Source: Octopus sinensis (lineage: Eukaryota). Taken from it: a stretch of 64,000 nt of DNA. The DNA lies in the NCBI RefSeq assembly GCF_006345805.1, contig NC_043024.1, positions 1,240,001 to 1,304,000 on the forward strand, read 5' to 3'. Below are positions 1 through 12,790 of this stretch, in pieces; position 1 is the stretch's first letter; the number at the start of each line of letters is the position of its first letter. Both the position numbers and the translations under genes were made by a program. The notes beneath the pieces were generated by a model. That model did not search any database, was not told where the DNA came from, and saw only the letters and a program-made list of their open reading frames with translations.

Positions 1-392
1 AGGGTAAAGACACCCTTCAGTCATGAGTGACCATGAGATTGCACCTAGAAAGTTACCCTCTAAGGCATGACTGGCTCCCCGTGCTGGTGGTACATAAAAA
101 GCACCATCTGAATGTGGTTGATGCCAGTGCCGCCTGACTGGCTCTCATTCCGGTGGCACATAAAAAGCACCATCTGAATGTGGTTGATGTCAGTGCCGCC
201 TGACTGGCTCTCATTCCGGTGGCACATAAAAAGCACCCACTACACTCTCAGAGTGGTTGGCATTAGGAAGGGCATCCAGCTGTTGAAACACTGCCAGATC
301 AGATTGGACCCTGGTGCAGCCTACTTGCTTGCCAGTCCCCCAGTCAAACCATCCAACCCATGCCAGCATGGAAAACGGACGTTAAAGGATGA
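1..392 (+). mobile_element. Family C retroposon with (GAT)n tail, containing a 66-67-bp internal tandem duplication (68-237)
   Basis: Contains GGTTGGCATTAGGAAGGGCATCCAGCTG and the end CATGGAAAACGGACGTTAAAGGATGATGAT, shared by about 20 copies in both orientations. Examples are 16665-16895, 27405-27672, 28985-29180, 30143-30310, 30325-30560, 34205-34410, 35028-35345, 38005-38200, 44720-45030, 52150-52315, 54215-54465 and 63700-63900. The short-repeat tail suggests RTE-type mobilisation (inference). Confidence 0.8.
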
Positions 393-892
393 TGATTATT
401 ATTATTATTCTAAGTTTGACTTTTGCTTTATGTCTGTACAAGTTCGCTCCAAGTCTCTCCCAGAGACCTCAAGAGACAACAGGTTGGAAGTTCTATTATT
501 ATTATTATTATTAATATTGTTATTGATAGAGATGTAGTGCTCTTAATACAAGATGACCTCTAGGGATAATCAAGAAACCCCACTGTCTGAGATTTCCCTG
601 TAACCCCAAGAGCGAGTGCCCTCTCCAATTCCTTCTCTTCAACTCCCATCCACTCTTGCCAGTTTCACAACTTTTACCCAATTCTTTTAAACCTTTTTAC
701 ACTCCAGATATTTCCTTTCCCTTCCATTGCACACCATCCATACTTACACTGTTTTTTAATTTATTTTATTCCATTATATGTAAACCTCCACAATCTGTCC
801 TTGCATTGTCCCCTTCGTCCTTTGCCCTGGTGGCAAATAAATGAAATCATTGTTGTTGCTGTTGTTGTTGTTAATGATACTGTATTACACAC

Positions 893-968
893 CTTTAATA
901 ACAAAATGTTTTCTCATCTTTTTCAGGTAAGCAATCAATATTTATTGGACTTTACTGATTTGGTAAGA
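893..968 (+). promoter_or_regulatory. Candidate recursive splice site (3'ss immediately followed by 5'ss) with a 36-nt cryptic exon
   Basis: Branch-like CTTTAAT (893-899), pyrimidine tract (907-923), CAG|GTAAGC (926/927) and a second donor TTG|GTAAGA at 963. Confidence 0.5.
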
Positions 969-1417
969 GTGATTTTTTAATTCTTTTTTTTGCTCCCTTT
1001 TGCTTTGGTCGGGGTCTGCCTTTTTGTATCGGTCAGTTTTGCAATCACTACGCTTTTATATCCTTGTAAGTGATGGTCACTACAGGATAGGTACAGGTGC
1101 CTCATGCTTCCCAACCATGTGGTCTTGGGTTCAGTCCCACTGCTTGGCACTTTGGACAAACGTCTTCTATTATAGCCCCAGATCCATCAAACCTTGTGAG
1201 TGGATTCAGTAGCTGGAAACTGAAAAGAAGCCTGTTGTGTATCTTTGTCTTAACATCGTGTGATTGTTGTGAGTGTTAGCAAACTAGATTTCATTCCTCC
1301 CTTTTCTTTCATTCACACTTGTGACTTCTCTTTTCTATTCTTCTCTCTCATCCATTCCTTGCATGTCTGCTACTTCAGCATCCACATCACTCGCTCAACT
1401 CTCTCTCTCTCTCTCTC

Positions 1418-1822
1418 TCTTTTACTCTTTTACTTGTTTCAGTCATTTGACTGTGGCCATGCTGGAGCACCGCCTTCAGTCGAGCAAATCGACCCCGGGA
1501 CTTATTCTTTGTAAGCCCAGTACTTATTCTATTGGTCTCTTTTGCCGAACTGCTAAGTGACAGGACCGCAAACACACCAGCATCGGTTGTCAAGCAATGC
1601 TAGGAGGACAAACACAGACACACAAACACACAGACATACATATATATATACATATATACGACAGGCTTCTTTCAGTTTCCATCTACCAAATCCACTCACA
1701 AGGCATTGGTTGGCCCGGGGCTATAGCAGAAGACACTTACCCAAGATGCTACGCAGTGGGACTGAACCCGGAACCATGTGATTGGTTAGCAAGCTACTTA
1801 CCACACAGCCACTCCTGCGCCT
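1418..1822 (-). mobile_element. Family A tRNA-derived SINE (~400 bp, internal TA/CA microsatellite, (AAGAGTA)n tail), full-length, antisense
   Basis: Near-exact reverse complement of 2307-2726. Other antisense copies lie at about 6175-6554, 7946-8345, 13322-13742, 19620-19986, 23641-24054, 24555-24885, 39955-40372, 42230-42574, 45603-45990 and 54675-54970. Confidence 0.9.
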
Positions 1823-2306
1823 CTGTTATTTATTTATTTGAATTAATCATCCGTTATCTCGTAGCTTTGAGATTTCAAAGATGTGATTGTGTATTTTAGC
1901 AAAGACATTGTTGGGTAGGTGCAAGAAGCAAGATCTGGTCTGTTTATCCCTTTAGAATCTGGATTATTCTGTCAAATGTAATCTTTATTTATCCACATCG
2001 TTTCTACTAAATCATCCATTATCTCATAGCTTAGAGATTTCAGTGATGTGGTTGTTTATATTTAGAATGACATTGTAGGGTAGGTGTGAGAGGATAGATA
2101 TGGTGTAACCAACCCTCAAAACTTCCTTTTGCTTATGTTCCAAACGCCAACGACAAAATTGTTTTCCTAAATTTTTCATTGTTTTTTGAATTACTTCAAA
2201 CACCAGGAATACAACCACAAAAAGATTTTTTAAAAATACATTTTTGTTGATAATATAGTATTTATTCATTAAATATAGCTCGTTAATACGTCATTTTTAC
2301 AATTTA

Positions 2307-2471
2307 GAGTGGCTGTGTGGTAAGTAGCTTGCTAACCAACCACATGGTTCCGGGTTCAGTCCCACTGCGTGGCACCTTGGGCAAGTGTCTTCTGCTATAG
2401 CCCCGGGCCGAACAATGCCTTGTGAGTGGATTTGGTAGGTGGAAACTGAAAGAAGCCTGTCGTGTATATGT

Positions 2472-2523
<52 letters not shown>

Positions 2524-2726
2524 CTGTGTTTGTCCCCCTAGCATTGCTTGACAACCGATGCTGGTGTGTTTACGTCCCTGTCACTTAGCGGTTCGGCAAA
2601 ACAGACCGATAGAATAAGTACTGGGCTTACAAAAGAATAAGTCCCGGGTTCGGTTTGCTCGACTAAAGGCGGTGCTCCAGCATGGCCGCAGTCAAATGAC
2701 TGAAACAAGTAAAAGAGTAAAGAGAG
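2307..2726 (+). mobile_element. Family A tRNA-derived SINE, full-length, sense
   Basis: A-box-like TGGCTGTGTGG (2310-2320) and B-box-like GGTTCAGTCCC (2353-2363), followed by CCTTGGGCAAGT, reminiscent of the CORE-SINE domain. The tail is AAGTAAAAGAGTAAAGAG. Other sense copies lie at about 4945-5285, 17070-17422, 35888-36276, 49128-49428, 49862-50170, 50430-50756, 51662-52003 and 52712-53094. The exact family name (e.g. Twhb or OR-type octopus SINE) was not verified. Confidence 0.9.
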
Positions 2727-4274
2727 TTATATTTTCCCATATATTAAATAAAATTTCCTTTAATGCTGCCTTATTTGGTCGCTTGGTCTTCAGATAGAAA
2801 CCTTCACGCCACCCCCACACTCCTCCCCCAATTCTGTTGTTTGATGGATTCAATATTCGCATATTTTACCTATAAAAAGCTCGTAATATTGAGCCGTATT
2901 TAAATGTCTTTGTTTGAATAATTCATGGAGATGGCCTGCGATCTGCCGTCTACGTGTGATGTGAATTTGGCAATTGTATTATCACAGGTTTACACAAAGG
3001 CTTCTGAAGGAATTCCTATCAATGGCAGCAACAAAAGGGCCTTTATTGATACTTTCTGCACTGTTTGGTATTGTGTTTATCTGGAGTAGACATGTCGGGG
3101 GAAAGATCAGAAAGGGAGTCTGCTACTTGGTGATTTCCGAAAGACATCTTGCACTGCCACATCTTGTAGTGAAGAGTTAAAACCACTGAGAAATTAGTAT
3201 TAAAACTTCACATGGCTGTGTGGTAAGAAGCTTGCTTCCCAACTACATGGTTCTGGGTTCAGTCCCACTGCTGTGCACCTTGGACAAGTGTTTTCTACTA
3301 TAGCCTCGTGCTGATAAAAACCTTGTGAGTAGATTTGGTAGACGGAAACTGAAAGAAGCCTGTCGTGTGTGTGTGTGTGTGTATGTGTGAGGAATGTGTG
3401 TGTGTTGGTTTGTTTACATCCCTGTAACTTGGCGCTTTGGCAAAAAAAGAGTGATAGAATAATAAATATCAGGCTTAGAAAATAAGTACTGGTGTCGACC
3501 ATTGGGAAATATTACCTTTCTTGGAAACAGGTGGGGGTTGGCAACAGGAAGGGCATTGAACCCCTCAGAAAATCTTTCTCAACAAACCCCGTCTAACCCA
3601 CACAAACATGGTAAAAGTGATGTTGAGGATGATGATGATACCAGTGAAATTTGAAATTTTAACTCATATTGAACCAGATACTGTACATTTTTATGGACTC
3701 TTGTAGAATTCCACCAGCCTGGTTACATGGAAGAGTGGTTGAGTAGCGCTAATATTAAATGGTAATAAAGGCAGGCTGTATGGTGGTGGCGGCGGCGGTG
3801 GTGGTGGTGGGAGAGTGGCTGAGTAGTGTTAACATGAAAAAGATGAAGGCAAAAGCAAGCTATATGAGGGAGTGGTTAGTCAACATCAGATGGTGATGAT
3901 GATGATGGCAAGCTACGTAGGAGAGCGATCAAGTTAGTGTTAACCTATTTAATGAAGGCAGCATCATTAAAAAGCTAACGAGGAATAATTATGTGGCAAG
4001 GAAAAGAAAAAAGAAAAGAAAAGAAAAGAAAAAAACAATATTAGCCAATGACTAATATTATTTTAATTATTTCAGCAAAATACAAGAGACTGGCTCTGGA
4101 GATATTTCGGTCTTCTGACCTCATTAAGGAAGCGTAGACTTCAGTGTACTTATAGCAGCAGCGATAGAAGAACCATTAAGCAGAAAGACATGTACAACAG
4201 CATTAAAACTGATAAATCACAATTTCAAGACAGACTTTGTCTGGCCATGTGATTTCCTGTGATGGCAACAAGAT

Positions 4275-4452
4275 AAATAATCTTCCGCCACTCCTTGATA
4301 GTGAGTGCCACTTATGGAAAGCAATCTTGTTAGTTTAAAAACTCTTCAATTGTTGCCAATAAGTGGCCGATGACTTGGTACAGAATCTGTCTTGGCTTCT
4401 GACATTTTGTTTTGTCCTAGGAAATTTGTTTAGTCTCCATGTCTTTTCCTTT
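4275..4452 (-). mobile_element. Decayed CR1/L2-clade LINE ORF2 3' fragment (second copy at 32458-32638)
   Basis: Minus-strand translation of the better-read copy gives KRHGD...RDF*TNKIAFHKWHSLSRS, resembling the CR1/L2 C-terminal TRGH...R.FF.NRV...WNSLP. It has stops and frameshifts. Confidence 0.5.
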
Positions 4453-5876
4453 GAAGCTGTGGTTCTCATCCAGGGTCCACGTGATCCTTGGGCAGGGTCC
4501 ATGAAAGATTTTGTTACTCTTTTACTTGTTTCAGTCATGTGACTGTGGCCATGCTGGAGCACTGCCTTTAGTCGAGAAAATCGACCCCACAAGTTATTCT
4601 TTGTAAGCCTAGTACTTATTCTATCGGTCATTTTTGCTGAACCGCTAAATTATGGGGGTGTAAACACGCCAGCATTGGTTGTCAAGCAATGCTAGGGGGA
4701 CAAACACAGACACACAAACATATACACACACATACATATATATACACATATATATACACACACATATATATATATATATATCAAAAACTAACTCCAATAT
4801 TAATCAAAGAACAACAAACTCTTTCTTTGACACTGAAAAATAACAGACCAATGAGGGAGCTCCTTTGTGGCCACTTTGATTGCTAGAAATAGTTGCTAAT
4901 TCTCCTTCAAACTATCTCCTACTGAATAGTGGATGTATAGTATGGAATTTGCTTCCTCACCTCATGGTTCTGGGTTCAGTCCCACTGCGTGGCACCTTGG
5001 GCCAGTATCTTCTGTAGCCTCAGGCCAACCAAAGCCTTGTGAGTGGATTTGGTTGACGGAAACAGAAAGAAGCCTGTTGTATATACACACGTGTGTGTTT
5101 GTCCCCACCACCGCTTGACAACTGGTGTTGGTGTGTTTATGTCCTTGTAACTTAGCAGTTCAGCAAAAGAGACTGATAAGTAGCTGGCTTAAAAAAAAGA
5201 TTTCTTTTAATAAATAAATAGAGGTTGATTCATTCAACTAGCATTCTTGAAGGTGGTGCCCCAGCATGGCCACAGTCTGATGGCGAATAGATTGGGTAAT
5301 GTAGCCTCTGATATACGGGAGGGTGGTCATTGTTGGAACACCTTTGGCTATAGTCAGGGAAATCAACAAATGGAGGGATAAAGGTGCCATTAAGTTATTG
5401 AGTACATAAACACACCAACAGCAGTTGGCAAGTGAATGGGGGGGGACACACGGACACACACATATATATACATTGGGCTGGAACACCTCTGACTCTACAT
5501 CTATTTAACCAGGGAATTCAAGTAACATGCTTCAAGGCAGTGCCCCAGCATGGCCGCTGTCTGATGTCTGAAACAAATAAAAACAGAAGGAACACATTGG
5601 GTAATGTAGTCTCTGATATACAGCGGGGGTGGGGGTCATTGCTGGAAAGCTTGATAATACATCTATTTAATCAGGGAATTCCACTAATGGGGTGAGAAAG
5701 GTGCCTTTATAATTGGGAGAGAAAAAAAACCCCTTTTAATTCCCCCCCACCTTATGTAAACAGGAGGTGAGAGATAAGTGAAACAAAGAACATTGCATAA
5801 ATGGAGTCTGAATGCCCCCCCCCCCTGTGAAAAAGAGGAAAAGACAGGTTTAGTTATGATTGGAATGCTGTTAATA

Positions 5877-6064
5877 TATGAGGGGGTGGGGCTGGAAAAT
5901 TCCTGGCTTTAAGCAAAAGAAAATACAGGAGGGTCAGTTATGATTTTATTCAATATATTCCCCTCTCAGATTCTCACACTTATTGCAGTGGTCCTTCGGT
6001 TTTTGTAAGCCCTGTAAAAGAACTCAGAAGGTTGGGCTTCCAACCAGGCCTTCCGTGATACCCT
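5877..6064 (-). mobile_element. Mariner-derived MITE fragment
   Basis: Begins with TIR-like TATGAGGGGG...GAAAATTCCTGGCTTTA. The minus strand encodes LQGLQKPKDHCNKCENLRGEYIE*, typical of mariner transposase C-termini (W.KC....G.YVE). Confidence 0.75.
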
Positions 6065-8383
6065 TATTGGAACTTTTGCACCACATAAAGGCTCTCTCAT
6101 TTGGCCCCTCTTTTAATCTTACGCCCTACCAAACTGACTGATTAGCAGAAGACCGATTGCGAATTCAAAAGCCTTTACTCTTTTACTTGTTTCTGTCATT
6201 TGACTGTGGCCATGCTGGAGCACTGCCTTTAGTCGAGCAAATCAACCCCAGGACTTATTCTTTGTAAGCCTAGTACTTATTCTATCGGTCTCTTTTGCTG
6301 AACCGCTAAGTTACGGGGACGTAAACACACCAGCACGGTTGTCAAGCGATGTTGGGGGGGACAAACACAGACACACACACATATATATATTTATATACAT
6401 ATATACAACAGGCTTCTTTCAGTTTCCGTCTACCAAATCCACTCACAAGGTTTTGGTCGGCCCGAGGTTACAGTAGAAGACACTTGCCCAAGGTGCCACG
6501 CAGTGGGACTGAAACCGGAACCATGTGGTTCGGAAGCAAGCTACTTACCACACAGCTTTTTTTTTTTTTTTGTTAATGCCACCCTTATCTATGTAATGTT
6601 CGACCTAACATCCTAAAACGGGTGGATATCAGGTGAAATAAAAGGTCTTCTAAGTCTCTTTCCATTTGACCAAATCTTTGAGATATTGATTGTGACTGGC
6701 CATTTTTTGAACAGTAAAAGCTTTTGGGATCCATATTTCTTGCCTTTATCTCTTTGCCTCTCTATATCTCTTTTCCTTTCACCGCCTATCTATCTATCTC
6801 TCTCTCTCTCACTCTCTTTTATTGTCTATTTATCTCAGTCTCTTTCTCACTGCCTATCTATCCTTCTGTCTATCTATTTCTCTCTCTCTCTCACTATCTA
6901 TCTCTGTCTCTCTCTTTATATCTCTCTTGCTGTCTATTTCTCTATATCATCTCTCTTTCAATGTCAACCTCTGTCTATATATCTCTGTCATGCTCTCTCT
7001 CTCTCTCATCATATTCTTTATTGTAATTTGCAGTGTCATTGCTTCATGTGACCTTAGTAGATAATAAATCATTTCTGTTACCAACCAGCCACCACCACCA
7101 CCCGCCACAACCACCACCATCCTATCCAACCTGCTTTCATCTTCCCTTCTTGTCCTTCATATGTCTTCACTCTACCCCCACCCCACACACACCCATCCCT
7201 GCCTTTATTCCTAAGTCTTTCTGGGCAGTTGAGCTATGTCAGGAATGTCACTGCTAACACCACCACCACCTCTTCCACACACACACCTCCCATTCTCTTT
7301 ACTACTGCTACTGCCACCACCACCAACCACTACTACTACTGTTGCTATTAATACTGCCATCTGATGAATATAAAGGCACCTTTGTCACCCCTACCCCTTC
7401 TACTGCTATATGTGAAGCACATATATTATATATATACATTATATATATATATATAATTCACACATACACATGTATGTACCCCTTTAGTGATTTGTTGTTT
7501 AAATGTTATGTATTCTAGTTGCAGTGTGTTTATATATAGATACTCAGTGGTAAGGATTCGAAAGAGTATGTGTCGGGTGGGGGGTTGCTAACCACAACAG
7601 TTTTGGGTGAATGCAAAAGTACCAGGCTTTGAAAAAAAAGGGCAAGTTCTGGAGTCAATTTGTTTGAAAGGGTCGGTAAATAGTTGCTTCCTCTTCCATA
7701 GTCACCTTTGCTTTTTATCCCTTCGAAGGATGTTCCCCAGTTGATGTGTTTTAACATCTTTGAAGTACGGGGATCATACCCAGAAAGGTTTCTGTTTACT
7801 AACTGTTGGAAGTTTCAAAAATTTATAGAAATGTCTTGAAGGTGTTGGTGTTTTCTAGGGGAGGGTCATTATAGGACTGGGTCCAATTCTGTTGCTTTTA
7901 TTATTAAATCAGTTCATTAATTATTCAACTAACTAATCAAATGCTTACTCTTTTACTTGTTTCAGTCATTTGACTGTGGCCATGCTGGAGCACCGCCTTT
8001 AATCGAGCAACTCGACCCTGGGACTTATTCTTTTGTAAGCCCAGTGCTTATTCTATCGGTCTCTTTTGCCGAACTGCTAAGTAACGGGGACGTAAACACA
8101 CCAGCATCGGTTGTCAAGCAATGCTAGGAGGACAAACACAGACACACAAACACACACACGCATATATATATATATATATATATACACGACGGGCTTCTTT
8201 TCAGTTTCCATCTACCAAATCCACTCATATGGCTTTGGTCGGCCCGAGGCTATAGCAGAAGACACTTGCCCAAGGTGCCACGCAGTGGGACTGAACCCGG
8301 AACCATGTGGTTGGGAAGCAAGCTACTTACCACACAGCCACTCCATGTTTAACTTTGTTAAACAGTTAGTCTGGAAGTGGTTG

Positions 8384-8415
<32 letters not shown>

Positions 8416-9997
8416 AGAAGTGGCTGCTGTCGGTGGTGTAGTGGTAGTGGTGGCTGTGGTGGTGCTGCTGATGGTAGTGATGGTTGTGGTAAGAGCAGTG
8501 GCAGTGCTGGTGCAGCAGCAACAGTGTGTGTGTCTGTGTGTCCTAGGGTGGGAACAATAAACGTTGCTAAATTCATTAACGAGAACTTCTCAGACTTTTG
8601 TCTTCGGAATGGAAAGGTGATGATGATGATGATGATGATGATGGTGATGCTGTGTTGCTGCAGCTTGAGAAAGGAAAACAGCTGTTACAAGTCTGCCTCT
8701 CTCTCTGTATATGTCTTTGTCTGTCTGTCTGTCTCTGTATGTTTGTGTCTGTTTGTCAGTCTGCCTCTGTGTTTGTATGTCTATGTGTGTTTGTGTGTCT
8801 GTCTGCCTCTGTGTGTGTGTGTATTTATGTGTTTGTGTGTCTATCTGCCTCTGTGTATGTGTGTTAGTGTGCCTGTCTGGCTCTGTGTGTGTGTGTCTGT
8901 GTGCCTCGGTGTATGTGTGTCTATCTGCCTATGTGTTTGTGTGTCTGTCTGCTTCTGTGTGTGTGTGTGTGTTTATTTGTGTGCCTGTCTGCCTCTGTTT
9001 GTACAGTTGCCACAATGTCATTTCACTGATGAACCAGCCACCCTGCCACCTGCCACCCTGCCACCCTGCCACCCTGCCGTGCAGTTTAGTAAACAAAAAC
9101 ATTTCTGGGTATGATCCACATACTTCAAAGATGTTAAAACATATCAACTGGGGACATCCTTCGAAGGGATAAAAAGCAAAGGTGACTATGGAAGAGGAAG
9201 CAACTATATACCACCCCCCTTTCAGCAAAGGGTGCATGGAAGGGTGGCACCCTCCCCTCCCACCTTTCTCTACTGGAATGTATGAACAGGGATATCTCTG
9301 GGGTCCTTCCTCCATACTTTCTACTGGTGCTTATTTATTGGACAGGAGCTGACATGGGTGCCCCTACAGGAGGTTGCTCTGCAACCTAGAGAAAACTGCC
9401 AAATCTTCCTCAAATCACCCTTCTTTTGATTGTGGCCATGCTGTAGCACCACCTTGAATCGTTTTAGTCAAACAAATTGACTCCAGAACTTGCTTTTTTT
9501 TTTCAAAGCCTGGTACTTATACTGTCGGTTTCTTTTTGCCGAACCACTAAATCACAGGAACATAAACAAACCAACACCGATTGTCAAGTAGCGGCAGGAG
9601 GACAGAGACCCAAAGACATACACACATAGACTTGCTATGGCTGGACATCTTTGCTGTTGCCAACCCTCACCTTGGCCCAAGATGTCATGCAGTGGGACTG
9701 AACCCAAGACCATGCAGTTGGGAAGGAAGCAAGCTTCTTATCATTAGCCTTTCGCTTGTTTCAGTCATTAGATTGCGGCCATGCTAGGGGTTAAGACTGA
9801 ATTTGCTGAACTGGACTTCCTCTGGCTGGACGCCCTTGCTGTTGCCAACCCTCACCTGTTTCTGTGTAAGGGAATCTGGATCAGACATGTCTTCAGGGAA
9901 GATTGGAAACGATGGACACCACTTGGTTGACATGGCACTCATTTACAACTCTCATGGGATTTCAAGGCAAGGAGACATTAACACACACAAACACACA

Positions 9998-10055
<58 letters not shown>

Positions 10056-11229
10056 TGGTGATGATGATGATGAGGTGGGTGGCAGGGAGGTATCACACGA
10101 ATGCTACTGGTGGGAATTCTACACCAAATATGTAACCAGAACACCCACCATATACCCTGAATGAATATCCTTGTTTGAAGCCTTTAGCTATTGGTCAGAG
10201 GAGTGTCTTCTTATCAAAATAATTTGATTGGAGAAAAGGCTGTTGATAGTAGATACATGCATACGACTTGTGCAGACATATTTTTAGATGTATATTGTAT
10301 GCGAGGGGGGCACATAAACAAATAAAATACAATGAAAAATGGGCGTGCAGCCATAAGACTGACAAATATGGGGTAACGCAAAGGAAAATGAAAATGTCTT
10401 GTTGGACTAGAAACAAGAAAGGGACAGATAAAATTTGTGTGTTTGTGTCTTTATATTTGATATGATGATGATTTCACTTGGGTATTGCTGTGCTAATAAT
10501 CTTGTGTTAGAACTCAGTATACAAATATTTTACAACAAAATGTCAAACTATGAGTGTATCGCACCCTATAACAGAAACGGCTGTAAAGTAAATGAAGTTC
10601 ATAACACAATTGTTTATTTCCTTTGTCATCCCAGTTTCTTGTGTGTGGTGTGTGTGTTCTCTCACATGATATGTGTGTGTGTGTGTGCTCTCACATGCAT
10701 GATTATGGATTCATTTACACATACATACACAGGTATATCTGTAAAGCGAAACAAGAGTATATACGTACACAGGTGCATACATGTAATAGGAAATACCTGA
10801 AGGAAACAAACCAAACATCGACTGCTTGTCAAAAACTGAACTCATTGCATGTAGGAAGTGTTTCAGAAACCAGAAAATATGTGTGGAGGGCAGCTGGGAG
10901 GAATGGGGTGGGGTGAAGGGTTGATAAATGGGGAGGAAATGATAACATACTGATACACTGAGCAAAGGACACACATAGCTTCATGTGACCAGATTGAAAG
11001 AGCAGATGACTGATCATGTGATCAACAGATAAGTAAAAGATGTTATTTCCCACATCTGTTACATCTGATGGAATGATTTTTGGTTTATCCACCCACCACA
11101 ACAAAATGGAAATCTTAATAAGGTGCCACGTAAAAAGCACTGGTGATGGTACCATGTAAAAGGCACTGGTTTGGGGTCCTATGCAAACAAAACAGTAAAT
11201 TAAGGATTCACAGTAGTTCGTTAGGGGAA

Positions 11230-11393
11230 TCAATTATGATTTTATTCAACATATTCCCCTCTCAGATTCACATACTGACTGTAGTGGTCCTTGTAGTTTT
11301 TCTAAGTTCTGTAAAAGAACTTGGAAGGCTGGGCCTCCAAACAGGCCCTTCGTGAAACCCTTAAAGCCAGGAATTTTTCAGTATCCCCTCATA
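11230..11393 (-). mobile_element. Mariner-derived MITE fragment, same family
   Basis: Homologous to 5877-6064 and 63149-63278, and ends in the reverse complement of the TIR (AAAGCCAGGAATTTTTCAGTATCCCCTCATA). Confidence 0.7.
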
Positions 11394-12076
11394 TATAAAC
11401 GTCTGGGAGTTCTTTGAACTTCTGTTCCCTAAATCAGCTCACACAGCTTTGGTTGGCCCAGGGCTAGAGTAGAAAGCAGTAGCCTGAGTTCCATGCAGTG
11501 AGATTGAACCCAAAGCCACATGGCTGGGAAACGGACTTCCTACCCACACAGCTGTACTCACTCCTGGATAGCAAAATTCGTTGCAGACCTATTTTATTGA
11601 ATTCCTTCTCCGCTCTCCTGTTCTGTTTTTGTACTCTCCACTCAATTAGTCATATGGTAAATACAGCTAAGACAACAGCCATGTCTGTCCGTCCGTCCGT
11701 CAGCCTGGCCTTGTTTGTTTGTGTGTTGTTACCTTAGAGAAGCTTCCAACATGTGTTACTTTGATAATGTGACGAAATGAACGTGGGCTGGTCTCGGAAG
11801 ATGTCAGGTAACCAACCTGGCTGCACAACAACTATCTGTACAAACAACAAACAGGATTTATCGATTGAATTGGTGTGCTGAAGACATCGCCGACTGGGGC
11901 CCACCTACTTGTGGCTGCGGTGGGAAAAGCTCCGTCTCTCTCTCTCTCTCTCTCTCTCTCTGGTGTCCTGAGTTGTGTAACGTAGAAACATGGAGACGAG
12001 AGGGGGAGATGGGGGGGGGAGAAAGAGAGTTGCGGCAACAGCAGCATTTTCTGATAAAATCAGTGAGGCATGTTGA

Positions 12077-12183
12077 GACATATATATATACACACATACA
12101 AACATACATACATATATATAATATATATATATATAATATATATATTATATACACATATATATTATATATATATATATACACAC

Positions 12184-12232
<49 letters not shown>

Positions 12233-12484
12233 TATACATATATATAATATATATATATATATACACAAACTATATATATATATACACATATATATATATA
12301 CACACACACATATATATATTAATACACATATATATATATATATACACACACACACATATATATATATATATGTATATAATACACACATATATATATATAT
12401 ATATACATACACACACAACACACACACATAATATATATATGTATATACATACAAACACACATATATATATACACATACACACAC

Positions 12485-12519
<35 letters not shown>

Positions 12520-12646
12520 CATATACATACACACACACACACACACACACAACCACTATATATATATATAGATATATATACATACATATACATACACACA
12601 CACACACACACACATATATTTATATATAAACACCACACACACACAC

Positions 12647-12677
<31 letters not shown>

Positions 12678-12790
12678 TAATATATATATACATACTATAC
12701 ATACACACACACACACACACACATAATCTATATATATATATACATACATACATACATATACATATAGACACACACACATGCATGCGTATG
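12077..12790. repeat. ~700-bp compound (TA)n/(CA)n microsatellite
   Basis: Directly visible, and explains the Y/I/H/T/C/V-rich ORFs. Similar arrays lie at 17440-17820, 18500-18975, 43510-44225 and 48780-48920. Confidence 0.95.

Noticed and set aside
68-237. 66-bp repeats that might be read as a CRISPR-like array
   Set aside because: There are no unique spacers. It is a tandem duplication inside a eukaryotic retroposon.
1597-1899. Recurrent ORFs such as MLGGQTQTH...[28 protein letters not shown]
   Set aside because: They are incidental frames in family A SINE copies and are not genes.
4101-4128. Minus-strand hammerhead-like TTAATGA-GGTC(AGAA)GACC-GAAA-TATC
   Set aside because: Stem II and GAAA are good, but the core has two changes and no stem I can form, so it is at most an unrecognisable fossil.
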